This document shows positions 1-12,573 of a stretch of DNA of 64,000 nt, piece after piece. The position numbers and the translations under genes are program-made. The DNA lies in assembly GCA_010093815.1 (NCBI GenBank), contig ML996565.1; one strand, 5' to 3'. Within the stretch, counting starts at the first letter, position 1; each line of letters starts with the position of its first letter. A model generated the notes under the pieces. The model saw nothing but the letters and a program-made list of their open reading frames with translations, did no database searches and was not told where the DNA came from. Source of the DNA: Pseudovirgaria hyperparasitica (taxonomy: Eukaryota).

Positions 1-1183
1 ACAATCAGCGCTCAAGATGCGAGGTACGCCGGGCGTTGAGGCCTCGAGTCTTGCTTTGGGCAACTTCAAACGCAGAGCGCGGCAGCCCAGTATACTGCGC
101 ATGGTACAACAACCGAGTGATATCGACACGATTGATTTCGATCTTGATGACTTCAACCCGGACGATGAATCAACACCCATCAATGTTAGGACGGTGTCTA
201 CGCAGGAAATGCAGTCCGGGAATGATTCAGATATACCGCAGACATCGAGTTCACGGAAACGAAAGCGCTCTTCGCCAGAAGTTCGCGTCAGTCCTCGAAA
301 GCCAACCTCTACTCCGCAGCCACAGGACCAGGAGATATCTGAGATTCAAGTAGTATGCTCTTCACCACCTGCCATATCATCGCCGACCCGCCCTCGCGAA
401 GCCTCCCATCCTCCTTCCGATCCACCATCCAGCCTTCCCTCTATCATCGAACAGACTCAACCAGATGAGCCTCCAAGTAACATAGACCACGATATTTTCA
501 GCGAGACTCTGGCAGATCCAATGTCGAGTAGCCCACCACCTTCATCTGCTCCGTCTGCTCCATCCGTGCATCCGTCTCCTCCAAAGACCAAGCGTGGCCT
601 GCGGAAACCCACCTCAGACACCGCATGTACTGCACGCCTCCAGACGCTCTTACCGCGTCGACGCCACCACAACGATTTTGATATCGCAAACTCTGATACG
701 GAAGAGGCGCCACTCGGACCCGACGGGGATGAGCTGTCGCGTCCGAACCACCGCAGGGTCGCAGCTTTATCAACTAAGACACCTACACGTGCCAATGCTT
801 CTAGCGGCAAGAAACGCGGTCGACCACCAGGTACGACGGCAAAAAGACCGACCAAGGGAAAGTCTGCTCTTACGGAGACTACTACGACTTTGCCACTTAA
901 GACCACGAAGCGGGGTACGAGGGTGTCAAAGACCTACAGTCGCCGCCTCTCCTCGGACAAGGAGAACGAGGAGGGAAGCTCGTTTGCGCTTGTCGCTGAC
1001 GATGACGACGGAGAAGATGACAGTGCGGAGGCAATGCCTCATGAAGGCAATACCAGCATAATCAGCGATGAAGGCAGCAAGCGACTTGAAGCAATGCGGA
1101 AGAAATTCGAGGAGGTGGATGAGTGGGAGATGGACTTTGAGAGCGTGGACATGGGTGGGCAGAGCTCGAGTCCGTGGCGGTGA
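1..1183 (+). CDS. 3' part of a low-complexity nuclear protein, candidate Sororin-like (Sor1) cohesin regulator; 5' end lies outside the window
   Basis: Open frame to TGA at 1183. S/P/T-rich and disordered-looking, with basic NLS RKRKR, AT-hook-like KKRGRPP, KTYSRR followed by a KEN box (DKENE), and C-terminal LEAMRKKFEEVDEWEMDFE. Confidence 0.6.
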   Translation, partial: QSALKMRGTPGVEASSLALGNFKRRARQPSILRMVQQPSDIDTIDFDLDDFNPDDESTPINVRTVSTQEMQSGNDSDIPQTSSSRKRKRSSPEVRVSPRKPTSTPQPQDQEISEIQVVCSSPPAISSPTRPREASHPPSDPPSSLPSIIEQTQPDEPPSNIDHDIFSETLADPMSSSPPPSSAPSAPSVHPSPPKTKRGLRKPTSDTACTARLQTLLPRRRHHNDFDIANSDTEEAPLGPDGDELSRPNHRRVAALSTKTPTRANASSGKKRGRPPGTTAKRPTKGKSALTETTTTLPLKTTKRGTRVSKTYSRRLSSDKENEEGSSFALVADDDDGEDDSAEAMPHEGNTSIISDEGSKRLEAMRKKFEEVDEWEMDFESVDMGGQSSSPWR

Positions 1184-1558
1184 CCAAAGTGGTGGGAGAG
1201 TGGATATATGTACAGATTGTCATGTACATGATTGACAGTGGATTGGGGTCTTATGTGGCGGGTTGTGCCTGAAATGTACGGGTTCTTGTGTTTTTAGGGC
1301 ATGTGGGCATAGCGCTGAAAGGGCATACGATGAACGGGCATATGATCAGCGGGCATTCGTATGATGAGCGCTCAGTATGAAGAGTAGCGTGGGCGTTTTA
1401 TCCAATTATGTAAAGCGAGTTCAAGCGCGCTGGCGGCACAATGCGTTTGTATTATGAGCAAGAGTGCACGCACCGACTTTTTCTAAAATCATCTTATTGA
1501 GCTACGTCTAGATCTAACATGGCCGTATTCTCAGACCAGGTCTCCCATAACTCTATGT

Positions 1559-4250
1559 CTAGCTCAGACCAAGCTCCTTGTAGAACGCTTCAGTGCTCGG
1601 CTTGCGACCCAAGAAGTCCTCCAGCGTCTGCATCTCCTCCTGGCTCCCTCCGCGCTCCAGCACAGTGTGTCTGTACCGTCTGCCCTCCTTGCCGTTCATC
1701 GGGTCCGCTTTGAAGACAGTGTAGAACATGTCTGCAGAGTAAACTTGGGAGCTATGAGTTTGTCAGCACAATTCTCGGCTACAAGGGTAAATCGTCGTCT
1801 TCCAACCAGGAGAATCATGGCTCACTGATAGGTGTCTACGGAGAAACATCCTTGTGGGAGGGAATTTTGAAGACAAATCTTTACACATGAAAACTCACCT
1901 CAGGTATCCGTAGTACCCAGCATCATACCCGCCAATCAAGTGCCCAAATGTGGCCTGTCCGTTGCCCCAGTCCCAGCTCTCGCCAAACGCCTCTGGTCCC
2001 TCAAGCTTGCTGATTTCATGTCGAAGCCTGTTGTACGTTTCCGGTATCGGTAACTTCTCGATAGCCTCGTGACTTTCCGGCGTGTGCACTGTCATATCGA
2101 AAATGCCAAAGTGCAACTGGCGCAAATTGAATAGGGCGTCGTTGACATGCTTAGTGTTGATCAGACTATTGATGAGCGCATCCGGAATGTGCTCTTCAGG
2201 CTTAGTGTTCTGGTTGGACGACGCGTATTCTTCAGCATACGCGGGACTGAGATAGGAGTAATGCCGAGAAAGCGAGCGCAGTTGAGAGGGTGTCCAGCAC
2301 CAGTTCTCGAGCATTTGAGATGGCGCCTCCACAAAGTCACGCACAGTACTCGTACCGTGGAAACGGCTGTATTTAGTCTTGGAGACTAGATCGTGAATGC
2401 CGTGGCCTAGCTCGTGGAAGAGTGTTACGACCTACATTAACATTCTATTAGCATTCTCTCACTAAATGGAAGGTTTGATATAATCAGATATCTTGTAATG
2501 CAGAAAAGCAGCCATCCTTTGACAGCTCTGGGAACGCGTTACACCTACCTCGTCGTGTTTGAGTAGACTAGGCTTCTTCTCTGAGGATTTCGAGAAGTTG
2601 CATACAAGTGCTGTCGCGGGATAATGACGTTCACCTTTAGCGTTGATGAAGCCGGGTTGCAGATTGAAATTTGCTGCATGGCCGTATTTACCATCACGCG
2701 GAAACAGATCGAGGTAAAGATAGCCAACAAAGCCATTGCCTTCACTCTCATCGTCCCAGACGCTAAACAGTTGGACATCTTTGTGCCAACATACATGATC
2801 ACCATCACCTCCCTCGGCGACAGCGGCGCGGTCTTCGCCCACGATCTCGATAAATACGAGACCAAAGAGTTCCTGGAAGATCTTGAGCATCCCTTCGATG
2901 GTCGTCTGGAGTGGGAAGTATTCCGCGATTTTCTCTTGGTCAAGTTGGAACTCCTTTTCTAGCATCAGACGATCATAGAAGCGGTGGTCCCAGAGGTAGT
3001 ACTTCCCATCATACGAATCTTCGAGACCACGAGACTTGTAGTCATTTTTCTTGAATTCGAGGAGCTTTTCAATTTCCTTGAGCCCACCAGGTGCTAGACG
3101 TTCCCGTAGGTCGCCAAGAAAGTCGTTGACAGTCTTCGGGGTCTTAGCCATTTTATCTTCGATCCTAAACTCCGCATGGTTTTTGTAGCCAAGGAGGCGC
3201 GCTGCTTCGTCACGAAGGAGGACAGCGTCGCGGAATAGAGGAACGTTTTGGTTGACCTTATTCTCGTTGCTGACGAACACTTTCCGGCGGACCTCGGGAC
3301 TCAAAGCATACTTCTGAGTTGGGAACAAGCTGGGGTACTTGAAATCGAGGAAGACCTGTGGGAGATCAGTTGGTGGTGCTTATTGGTTACTGACCATAAA
3401 CAACGAACCTTGCCCTCGTTCTCGCCTTCTCCCTTCTTAAGATCATCTACAACATCCCGTGGAACGCCCTCGAGCTCTTCCAGTGTGAACCATAAACCGC
3501 CTTTCTCTTCGTTCAGATTCTTCTGGAACGCAATTCCGATCTCACTAAGCTTCTTCTTGATGTCTTTAAAACGGTCTCTCTGAGGACCCTCCGGTATTCC
3601 TAGACCGTTGCGCAGGTAGCCCTTGTGTTCCTTCTCCAGGTAACGTGCGGACTCCGGGTCTAGCTTCTCTGTTCTTTGTGCGACAGCACCAACTAGAGCA
3701 AATACATCCTCGCGCATGCTAGCTTCAATTCCGAAGTCATCCATGAGCTGCTCCGCTTCGGTAGAAGCATCCCTCAATGCCTGGCTCGTGGATATCGCGG
3801 AATAGAACCCGATGATGTGTGCTTCAGTTGCTAGTTCGTTGTCATCGAGAGCCATCGGTAGGAGTACGTTATCGAATCGTGCATCGGAAGCCTTGATGTC
3901 CTTCACCACGGCATCTGTGACGGCCTTACTTCTGGCCAACTGGTGACTGTAAGCAGATATCTAGGATTCTGAAATGCCACAGTCCTCGTCCTATACAGTA
4001 CACAAGCTACTGCAACAGAAAGATCGCGAGAGGCACTTACCAGCTCTTTAGTTCTCTCAATGATTCTCGAGGCATCCTGGTCTTTAGCGTAGAAAACAGG
4101 TGCCTTCTGCGGGGGATTGCTGTACTTTGTAGGGGCCATGGTAGAGTTCGTCAATGGTCTATACTGCGAAGAGTAACCTATAGGGCGTGCTCCACCAATA
4201 TGTTGGAAGATCGAGGTTAGTCGTGATCCAATGCGTCCAGAGCTTAGCAT
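1559..4250 (-). CDS. PRD1: M3 family metallo-oligopeptidase (thimet oligopeptidase/saccharolysin), multi-exon
   Basis: Exons stitched from ORFs 3903-4253, 3301-3939, 2462-3328 and 1895-2344 plus a last exon ending KELGLS* (TAG at 1559). Zinc motif TLFHELGHGIH (~2400-2430), DFVEAPSQMLENW, YLDLFPRDGKYGHAA, GYDAGYYGY. ATGs at 4250 and 4139 are in frame. Confidence 0.93.
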
Positions 4251-5410
4251 CAAAGCGATTCCTAAGAACAGAGCGACGCTGAGGATCAGGAACTTTTTCG
4301 GGTTGTTTAGTACCGCCAGTTTGAAACGTTGTTTGATAGATTGTTTGTTGATCTAGCGGTCATATATGGTCACGCGAAGACACTGCTTCAATAGAGTTAA
4401 TGTCCTGTCATGTATGATGGGTCGTGCCTTCCATGGATGCTAGGTTCCCTGGCGGTTCTTGGCGCACTGGACTAACCTCTTCGAACTACCTTGGCTCCTG
4501 ACGTGAGTTGTAAAAGAGTTTCTTCCCTTAACTTCGGTTGTAACAGTCACATCAAGTAGAAGCGGATTCACTCGTCCAGTTCTGAATCTACTTACCTCAC
4601 TTAACTCTCTTTCACCTCTCACTGCTATTGTTACTCTGTTGTCTCATCCTCAACCTCGGCAGTCATCTTCATCACCATGAACTTATCAAAAGACTGATCG
4701 ATAAGCTTATTCTGGTGTTTGATAGATATCTTAGTCCAAATTCAGCGCCTGTCTCGCGGACGAAGGGATGCAAGCATTAGCCAACTGTCTTGGTCTCCTT
4801 GCGACATTGACAGTCGATCCTTCATACCAAGACTACTGTCATCGGATATTAGCGTGGTGACTTTATAGCGTAGAGAAACCCCGGGAATCCTTACCAGACT
4901 GATGTTCTATGACAGTACACACTCTTTTCGATGTTTTTACACTGCTCTAGCTTCCTATCATTATCACTAACAGTGAGGCTGTGACAGGTAAAGATACGAG
5001 CACTCACTTATATCGTTGCTTACACCTACATGTGGTATATAAAAGTATCAATGTATGACAATAGTGATGGATATGTGCATATCAAGAGTTATATAATCGT
5101 CTTTCAAAGGGCACATTCGTATAGCTAGCAGAGCTATTCATATTCTCCTATCCGCTGGATGCATGTCAATCACATCTATTCCGTTGCTAAACCCAGACCT
5201 CTTTCATTTATTTGCTCATGCACTTCTCGTTTATCAAGTTCCTCTCGCGTGTGCCCGCATGTACCGAGAGTCAACAAAGTTCACGTGACGAGTATTGCTT
5301 TGACCATCCTGGGGAATTTCAACATGCTTCACTCCTACTTAACCCCTCGACATCAAGCTTTGCTCATCATCAGACTCTCAAATCTACACACTTTTCTATT
5401 ATACTTCAGC

Positions 5411-7938
5411 ATGGCTGAATTGCCGACGAGCATCATTTTGAAAGCTGTTGATGATGACCCGCCTGATAGCAATCCTTCTTTCACCATTGATAAGGATGAC
5501 ATTCAGACGCGTAACGTTAGTATCGAGTGGAGTGATCTGGATAGCATTATACTAACCTGAAGCTTACATAGGATGCAATGGACCTTGCCTTCGAGGAGTA
5601 TAAGAAAGACAGATCCGTATGGAATCTTCACTTCCACGCTGTGGGCGAATGCGTTCCTGGTCCCACCAGCAAAGGCTGGCTCAGATGGCTACAACAGAAT
5701 GCCGATAGCAATGGCCAGACTCTATTGTATGCGCACTTCTTGCCAAAATTTCCTTCCCCGGACATACCCAGGATTCCTGAATCTCGGCCTATTCCAGCTC
5801 ATTCCCTTCCCGTACAAGCTACTACGACTCAAACCGCTTCAGGCGAGCTTACTAAAGGGGATGCGAGCAGTAACAAGGGTGAAGTTTCCAATTCGGTGGA
5901 GAGAATCACTCCTGCCGAATCAAGTCAGGCTTTAGTCCTTATGCCACTGAACCCTCTTCCAGGAGTGTCCAAACCGCCTACCAAGCAGAGAGTACTACAG
6001 CTGGTAGTCTCCTATACTGGTGATGGTGGTACACACGGTGCAGAAGGCAGTATGCCCCCGTACGACATGAAAGCTCGAGGTACAATGACAAACAAAACGC
6101 TCGTTACTAAGCTTTACGATAGGCTTGTAGCGGATATGAATAAGTCTGGACATATCCCTGATGAACTCATCATCAGTTGGACCAAGTATGTGTATGGTGG
6201 AGAGGATCCTACGGAAGAGGACATCGAAGAGCTGTTGGAACCTAGTTCGGACAGAGGCTTCAAGACGATTGGCGATTTCTCTGACCACTACAAGACCGAT
6301 CTATTACATGTGGAGCTTATCATATCGATTTTGGACCCATCGAGCCAGAACGAACGGCCGTTCGCAAATATCCGTGATGCTCTTCGTGCCTTTCCCAGCG
6401 TCTCACGTCGCTGCCAACGGATTGAGCAGACACAGGTTGCCGGGCCACAGAATCGGTTGAAACGACGTAAGCTCACAGCAACTGCAGCACAAGAAGAAGA
6501 CGACAATAAAAACGACGACGATAAGTTGATCCCCTGGAAATATCAACGGGCTGTTACGGAGCCTTCCAGCATAGTTAGTGCTCTCAGCCTTACGTCAGCC
6601 GATTATGTTGTCGCAGGCAAAGATCGTAAGTACCCCAAGATCAGAGTCGGTGAAGACAAGATCAGTATGTACACGGACCGAGTTCCGGAATGCAAGGGTA
6701 GACCGAACATCCTAGGTACCAAAAACGTGGTATACATGTCCGCAACATTCAACAATGGTACTCTTGTACCTCGTTTCTTTATAGCCTGGACAGATTACGA
6801 GGGCAATGTATTGCCTGTGATAAGTGCAGACAGAGCAGGCCAAAGTCATAGATCTTTCGAGCACGTCAACTTCAGAGGACGATTCAAACCATGGAATACA
6901 CTCAAGACTAAGACTGATCAGTCGACTGCTGCTAGAGCCTGGTGTGCCGCATCTAAGGTCTGGGATATCAAACCTTCTAAGGCACGGTCAACTAGAGCTT
7001 TACCAAAACGCAAGTCGACAGAAGTGACACGACGCGCCGTAGAAAATCCCGGTCGCGATGTAGCATCACTTCCAGCGCCACTGATAACCAACGAGATTGG
7101 ATACAGGCGTCGGAATATCGCTGTGTCCATTAATTCAAGAAGGCGACGGCAGAGAGAATTGCGACGTGCCGATCAAATCGACGATACAGATAGCGGTCAG
7201 GATGTACAAACGCCCTGTGAACCCTGCAATAGACGCTCTACTGTGTGCCGAGTGTACGATCCACGAGTCAACTCAGTGATCCGTCGATGCTCAGCCTGTA
7301 TACGCTCAGGCACAAAGTGCACTCTAGTAGAGACTGTAAGGCTGTCCAGCTACATGTTTTGAAATATGCTAACAATATTTTTTCAGTGTCCGACTGCAGA
7401 CCGGTCCATGACTATGGAGGTCGTCCCAAATTTGAAGCAGAACGACATGCTTGTTCCGGTTGACAATACCGCTTTGGCAGAAGCCCACTCGAACGTCCAC
7501 ATGAATACAGCTGTACCTACGGCATCTACCGCTGCCATCACTAGAAGCACGTCTCGGGACTCTTTCGTCGAACTCAAGCTCAAGGTCCGTTCGTTGCACG
7601 AGGAGGGCGCTGATGGAGATATGGGCCGCATTAATGTCTTGATCAAGAAAGATGATTCGCCCAAGCAGACCCTTGAAAAGGTCAAGGATGAAGTGATCAA
7701 TCATGTTCGCCATCTCGGATCAGACTATGCGTATCTGCTCGAAGGAGGATGCGCATTCTCCACGCAGCTCAAGCTCGCATATCGTGTGCGCGAAAGAACG
7801 ATTTGGTTCGATGTGCAAGACCAACACGTTGGTACCATCATGCGTTATGTATCTGACCGTGGCAACGAGCAGGACAAAGTGGCAGCACAGGGTTTAGTCA
7901 CTCTTCGTGGGCGCAGGAACCTTTTATATATGCTATAA
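5411..7938 (+). CDS. Hypothetical ~800 aa protein with an internal Zn2Cys6-like cluster, 3 exons
   Basis: ATG 5411. Intron 5516-5571 (GTTAGT..ACTAAC..TAG) and intron 7336-7386 (GTAAGG..GCTAAC..CAG) join ORFs 5578-7362 and 7366-7938 in frame. Cys motif CEPC-x6-C-x13-CSAC-x6-C at 7216-7320. Confidence 0.65.
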
Positions 7939-9276
7939 AGTCCCGGTAAGTATGTATATTGGTATCAAAAGCGTGGGGACTACGACATCCATCTTAGAGA
8001 TGCTGCATCTCGGACAGATGAATGGAGCAACGGCAATGATGGTGTTTGTGTTCTTCTTGTAGTCACTGGGATTTCTTTTCTTTAACTTCGATGGAATGTT
8101 TCTATACCTATGGAGCACATCGTAGAACAATACTAGTTCTATTTACAGTTCCTCTCGAGTTCTGTGACCGTATACTAGCTACGCAAAGAGCTCCCTGATG
8201 CATCTAAGCAGCTCCAACCCAGTGCCGTATCGTTATCTATCTGATGCTCTTGCTCCGTATCGAGTATTGGGGAATTAACTCTTGACATCCCATCTACAGT
8301 TTGTTCGTAATCCTTTCGACGCAGAAGTATAAGAAGTATGACTTGCACGACACATCAGTTTGCCTTGTACACTAAGCTTTAGAGCCGTTGAGTCGGGGAC
8401 AGAAGGTCACAGATACTAAGACTTCTCTTGATATCCTAGATACATCTTAGATTTATGTGGAGATATCCACTTATAACCTGACAGTTACGTAGATAATACA
8501 ATCGCCGCGAACATTATTAGCACTAGAGTAGCCAGCTACGCACTTCGCTACCACCACTAAGTACCTTGTGTAACCTGACACATTTTCACTTTGTACTAGA
8601 TGGTAACCATAGAATCTCTTGTGTATGCAGTGAAGGGCAGCCGTACGTGAAAAACATTGAGGCTTGTGTCCTAACGTCGGTACTCCGCAGCCAAGACGTG
8701 ACTATCTAGATTGATCTCGAAAGGGTCCCCGGGTGCTTTCCCAAAAAGGCAACTCCTTAGTATAAAACAAAGTCTTATAACCAATCACACGGCGACAATG
8801 ACTGACTGATACTATAGGCATCAGTAACTATCATCGCGATTGCCGCGCATGAGCCACCGTTGCCCCTTGCCAATCCTTCCAAGACTCTTGTCTCTGACCT
8901 GTTATGGCTTAAATAGCACAGCTGATCGACGTCGAACCCCTCGTTGATAGTCTGCTTCGAGAAGTTGACTTGGAGATAAGAATGTGGGAGTTTCGTTACG
9001 TGCATAAGATTGGGCCGTATATACAGGCCGCTCCGGGTGCTGTGATTTTGTGTGAAGAAGCCGATGTTAGAACGTGTTTATAAGTATGCAATGTCCCTGC
9101 CATGAACTGTTGTCTTCTTGGACGAAAGAGCCCTAATCTTGAAGAGGCCAGCTTATCAAGGCTTTTCTTTCCCTCATAAACAACTCTAGTCCCCAGTCTT
9201 CCTCTGGAACGTGTAGCAGTACGCACCTATCTCCACCTTGATATCCTATCTTTATCTCTCGTTATCGCTGTAAATC

Positions 9277-10488
9277 ATGCGTTACACTGCTGCTGTTCTC
9301 TGGTGCTTCGTAGCAAGTGCCCTCGCATGCCATCTTGAACGAAAGCCTGACAGTAAGTCGAGCTCGGTTGGTAACTAGATTGAAGATATACTCATATGCA
9401 TAGATGTCGATCACTTCATTCGCTACCGCTCCACCGGTCCTCAAGATGGAGAGCAGCTCTACACCCTAGAGTTTGAAGATAGAACCACCCGCCAGGTGAC
9501 CGACGAAGAGAGATGGGCCATCAAGCGCGCACATATCCGCTTCATCGACATCACCTACGAACCCGACCAGATGTCGATCAACAGCTTCGCAAGCAACGTC
9601 CAAGCCGCCGCCTTCCCCACAACCCTCACCCAGAAATCGGCCGTCAATGCCCTGATTCCAAAATACAACATCACCAACGTCAAAACCACTCTGACCAAGT
9701 TCTCCAGCTTCTACAACCGGTACTACAAGTCGAAATTCGGGGCAGAGTCCGCACAGTGGCTCTTCGACCAGATCTCAGCCATCGCAACTTCTAGCGGCGT
9801 CAAAGGCGTCACCGTCCGCAAATTCACGCACTCCTTTGCCGACCAGTTTTCCATCATTGCCACCCTCCCCGGCAAAAGCACAAAGACAATCGTGCTCGGC
9901 GCTCACCAGGACTCCATCAACGTCCAGACCCCATCTACCGGACAAGCCCAGGGCGCCGACGACGACGGCACAGGCTCCATGGCCATCATGGAGGCCTTCA
10001 AGACAATGCTGACAGACCCGCGCCTCAAGTCCCGCGAGGCCGACAACACGATTGAATTCCACTGGTACGCGGGCGAAGAGGCCGGCCTGCTCGGCAGCCA
10101 GGCCGTCTTCCAGCAATATGCCAAAGCCGGCACGAACATTGCCGCTATGCTGCAGTCTGATATGGTCGGATACAGTAACGGACCGATGGGCGTTATTACC
10201 GACTTCACGAATGATGCGCTCAATACGTTTACGCGTCGTGTGATTGAGCAGTATACTACCACCGGGTACGTGGATAGCGAGTGCGGATATGGATGCTCTG
10301 ACCATGCTTCGGCGACGAGGGCGGGGTATCCGTCCTCTTTCATTTTTGAGGCGGCGTTTGAGGAGAGTAATCCGGATATCCATACGCCGCGCGACACGAT
10401 CGACAAGGTAGACTTTGCGCATGTATTGGAGCATGGCAAGCTGATGCTCGGATGGGCTATGGAGCTGGCGTTCTCACCGTCCATTTGA
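9277..10488 (+). CDS. LAP1: Secreted leucine aminopeptidase 1 (M28 family)
   Basis: Signal peptide MRYTAAVLWCFVASALA; intron 9353-9403. M28 motifs GAHQDS, GADDDGTG, YAGEEAGLLGS, SDMVGY, CGYGCSDHAS and IHT. Confidence 0.92.
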
Positions 10489-10901
10489 GGTGATTTTTGG
10501 AGTCGGTTGTGTGGTGCTGATGTTAGATGGTGTTAGATGGTGTTTTGTTGGGGGTTGACGAGGAGCGTTGTGGTGCGTTTGAGCGTGGTGTTGGTGGTGG
10601 TGGGTGTATCAAGCGGCGTTGTGAATGCATCGGCTTGTATAGATGGAGTAGATTACTTCGGCTACCAATTGGTCACAATCATGATAGCCAGTGGCATGAA
10701 GCCAATTCCTCTATAATGTATATCAATACCGCTGTAGTAGTCCAGTCGGAGTGTAATACGACTGTGCCTTCTGTATCAGTCTCTAAATATTGAGACAAAA
10801 TCGTGTAGCACAACTCTATTTGTTCAAATTATTTCAGATTAGCATACTTGCCCGCTTGTATCCAGTCCTGCCACGTATCGATCTCACCCCCACCCCTTCC
10901 C

Positions 10902-12129
10902 TTATGCATAACCCGTCAGCTCCCACACATCCCACAGTATATAACAAAACACTGTCAGTCCCAGATCCCACCCTACAGCCCCAAACGCCGGCCTTGTCCT
11001 AGTCTCCTTCCTCAGCGCTGGAAGAGTCATTGGATCGCCTTTGAACGGGATCGCCAAAGCACAGAGCAGCGTGGCCAGCAGCGCAAGTCGTACTTTCGGC
11101 GTCGTGTACGCACGAACGTCGATGTAGAAGGACGGTCGGTTGCGGATAAAGTAAGGGATCGAAAGCGTGAGAAAGCGTTGGGTGGTGGTGTAGAATCTGA
11201 GGTTGGGAGAGTGCGAGTGGAAGAGAAGGTAGATGGAGATGAGGGTGTATGCTGTGAGGAGCATTGGAGCGAGGAGGTGTGAACGTGTTGGAAGACGGCG
11301 TGAAGAGTGAGTTTTCTCAGTGGAGGACGGTGTTAGGGAGAGGGACGATTTAGAATCCGTATCATCGGACGATGATGAGTGGCGCGGAAAGCTGCTGAGC
11401 AGGATGTGCATGAGGAAAAGAGTCTGCGCAAAGGACACGGAGACGAGTTGGCTGAGTGCGGCGATGTATGGGAGGGATGTGATGGAGTGTTTTCGGCCTG
11501 CTTTGTGTCAAAACGCATCATCCTACATTAGGTCGTTTCTCCTGGGAACATACCTCGAAAAGTCGCATCCCAAACGAAGACAAAGCCGACCAGCACCCAG
11601 ATGAGACTCCACCAGAACCTCTGATGGCCTCTCAGAATACAAACCTAGCAAATTTGTTTAGATCTTGAGCGTTTTCTGAAGGGGAGAAACGACATACCCA
11701 GAACTCATTCCGAACATTACTGTCCCCGACCCACAATCCCAGGTACACACCACCATCACTCCACATCTCATCGTTCGTCAGCCTTCGCATAAAGCAGCTT
11801 CCAACTTCGACCCAGAACGACTTGCTCTTCGCGACTCCATGCAGCGTGGCCCAAGCATTATAGCTCAACTCCGCATGTCTCGTGAGGGCGCGACACGTGA
11901 CATAAGCCGAAGTGCACGCAAGCACAGAAAGTATAAACAGCGCTATCGAACAAGCTTGTTGTGTACTTATCGACGCTGAGGTGAATGAGCTGCCGAGCCG
12001 TCGCGCACGAGAGATGATATCGGTGACGACTTTGACGGTGAAGAAAAGGGTGATGGCGATGTAGATTACCAGGGCTGCGATTGGCCCAAAGGCGGATGCA
12101 GGCGGCGGGTGACTAGTGAGTATGGACAT
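10902..12129 (-). CDS. Uncharacterised multi-pass membrane protein, probably 3 exons
   Basis: Hydrophobic ORFs 11632-12174 and 10902-11438 are linked by a short middle exon (RFWWSLIWVLVGF) with GTATGT donors at ~11697 and ~11553. Motif LSQLVSVSFAQTLF. Confidence 0.6.
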
Positions 12130-12573
12130 GGCTGGGTCCCGAATATGTAGTGAGTGACTGGGGTGAAGTATCATTCTGTCGTGCGTCTAAGAGGCCATTG
12201 TAGCTGCTGTTGAGGAGATGAGATGGGTGCTTGGGAAGTGTAATATGCAAACGTACGACGTGTCAAAGGAAGAGAGAAACACAATTTCCAAGTTTGGGCG
12301 ATGGTTCCTCTTGGCAGGGGGCCGTGTTAGGTTGCAGAACGGCGAAGGTGCAGAAGCTCGGATCATTCGGAATGTTTATCAATCACAATAAATCATGTCA
12401 TTGCACCAACAGCATGTAAGTCCAACATGTTCGTCAATTCGCCTTATAATTGATTCTTCAGATCTGTAGGTGCTACATCTCGGTATCGTTCCCGGCGCCA
12501 AACCTGCATACAAAGAGTCCAGTTCTGGGCGCACCCCATTCGTCTAGTCATCTTATCGTACCAGTTTTCCCTA

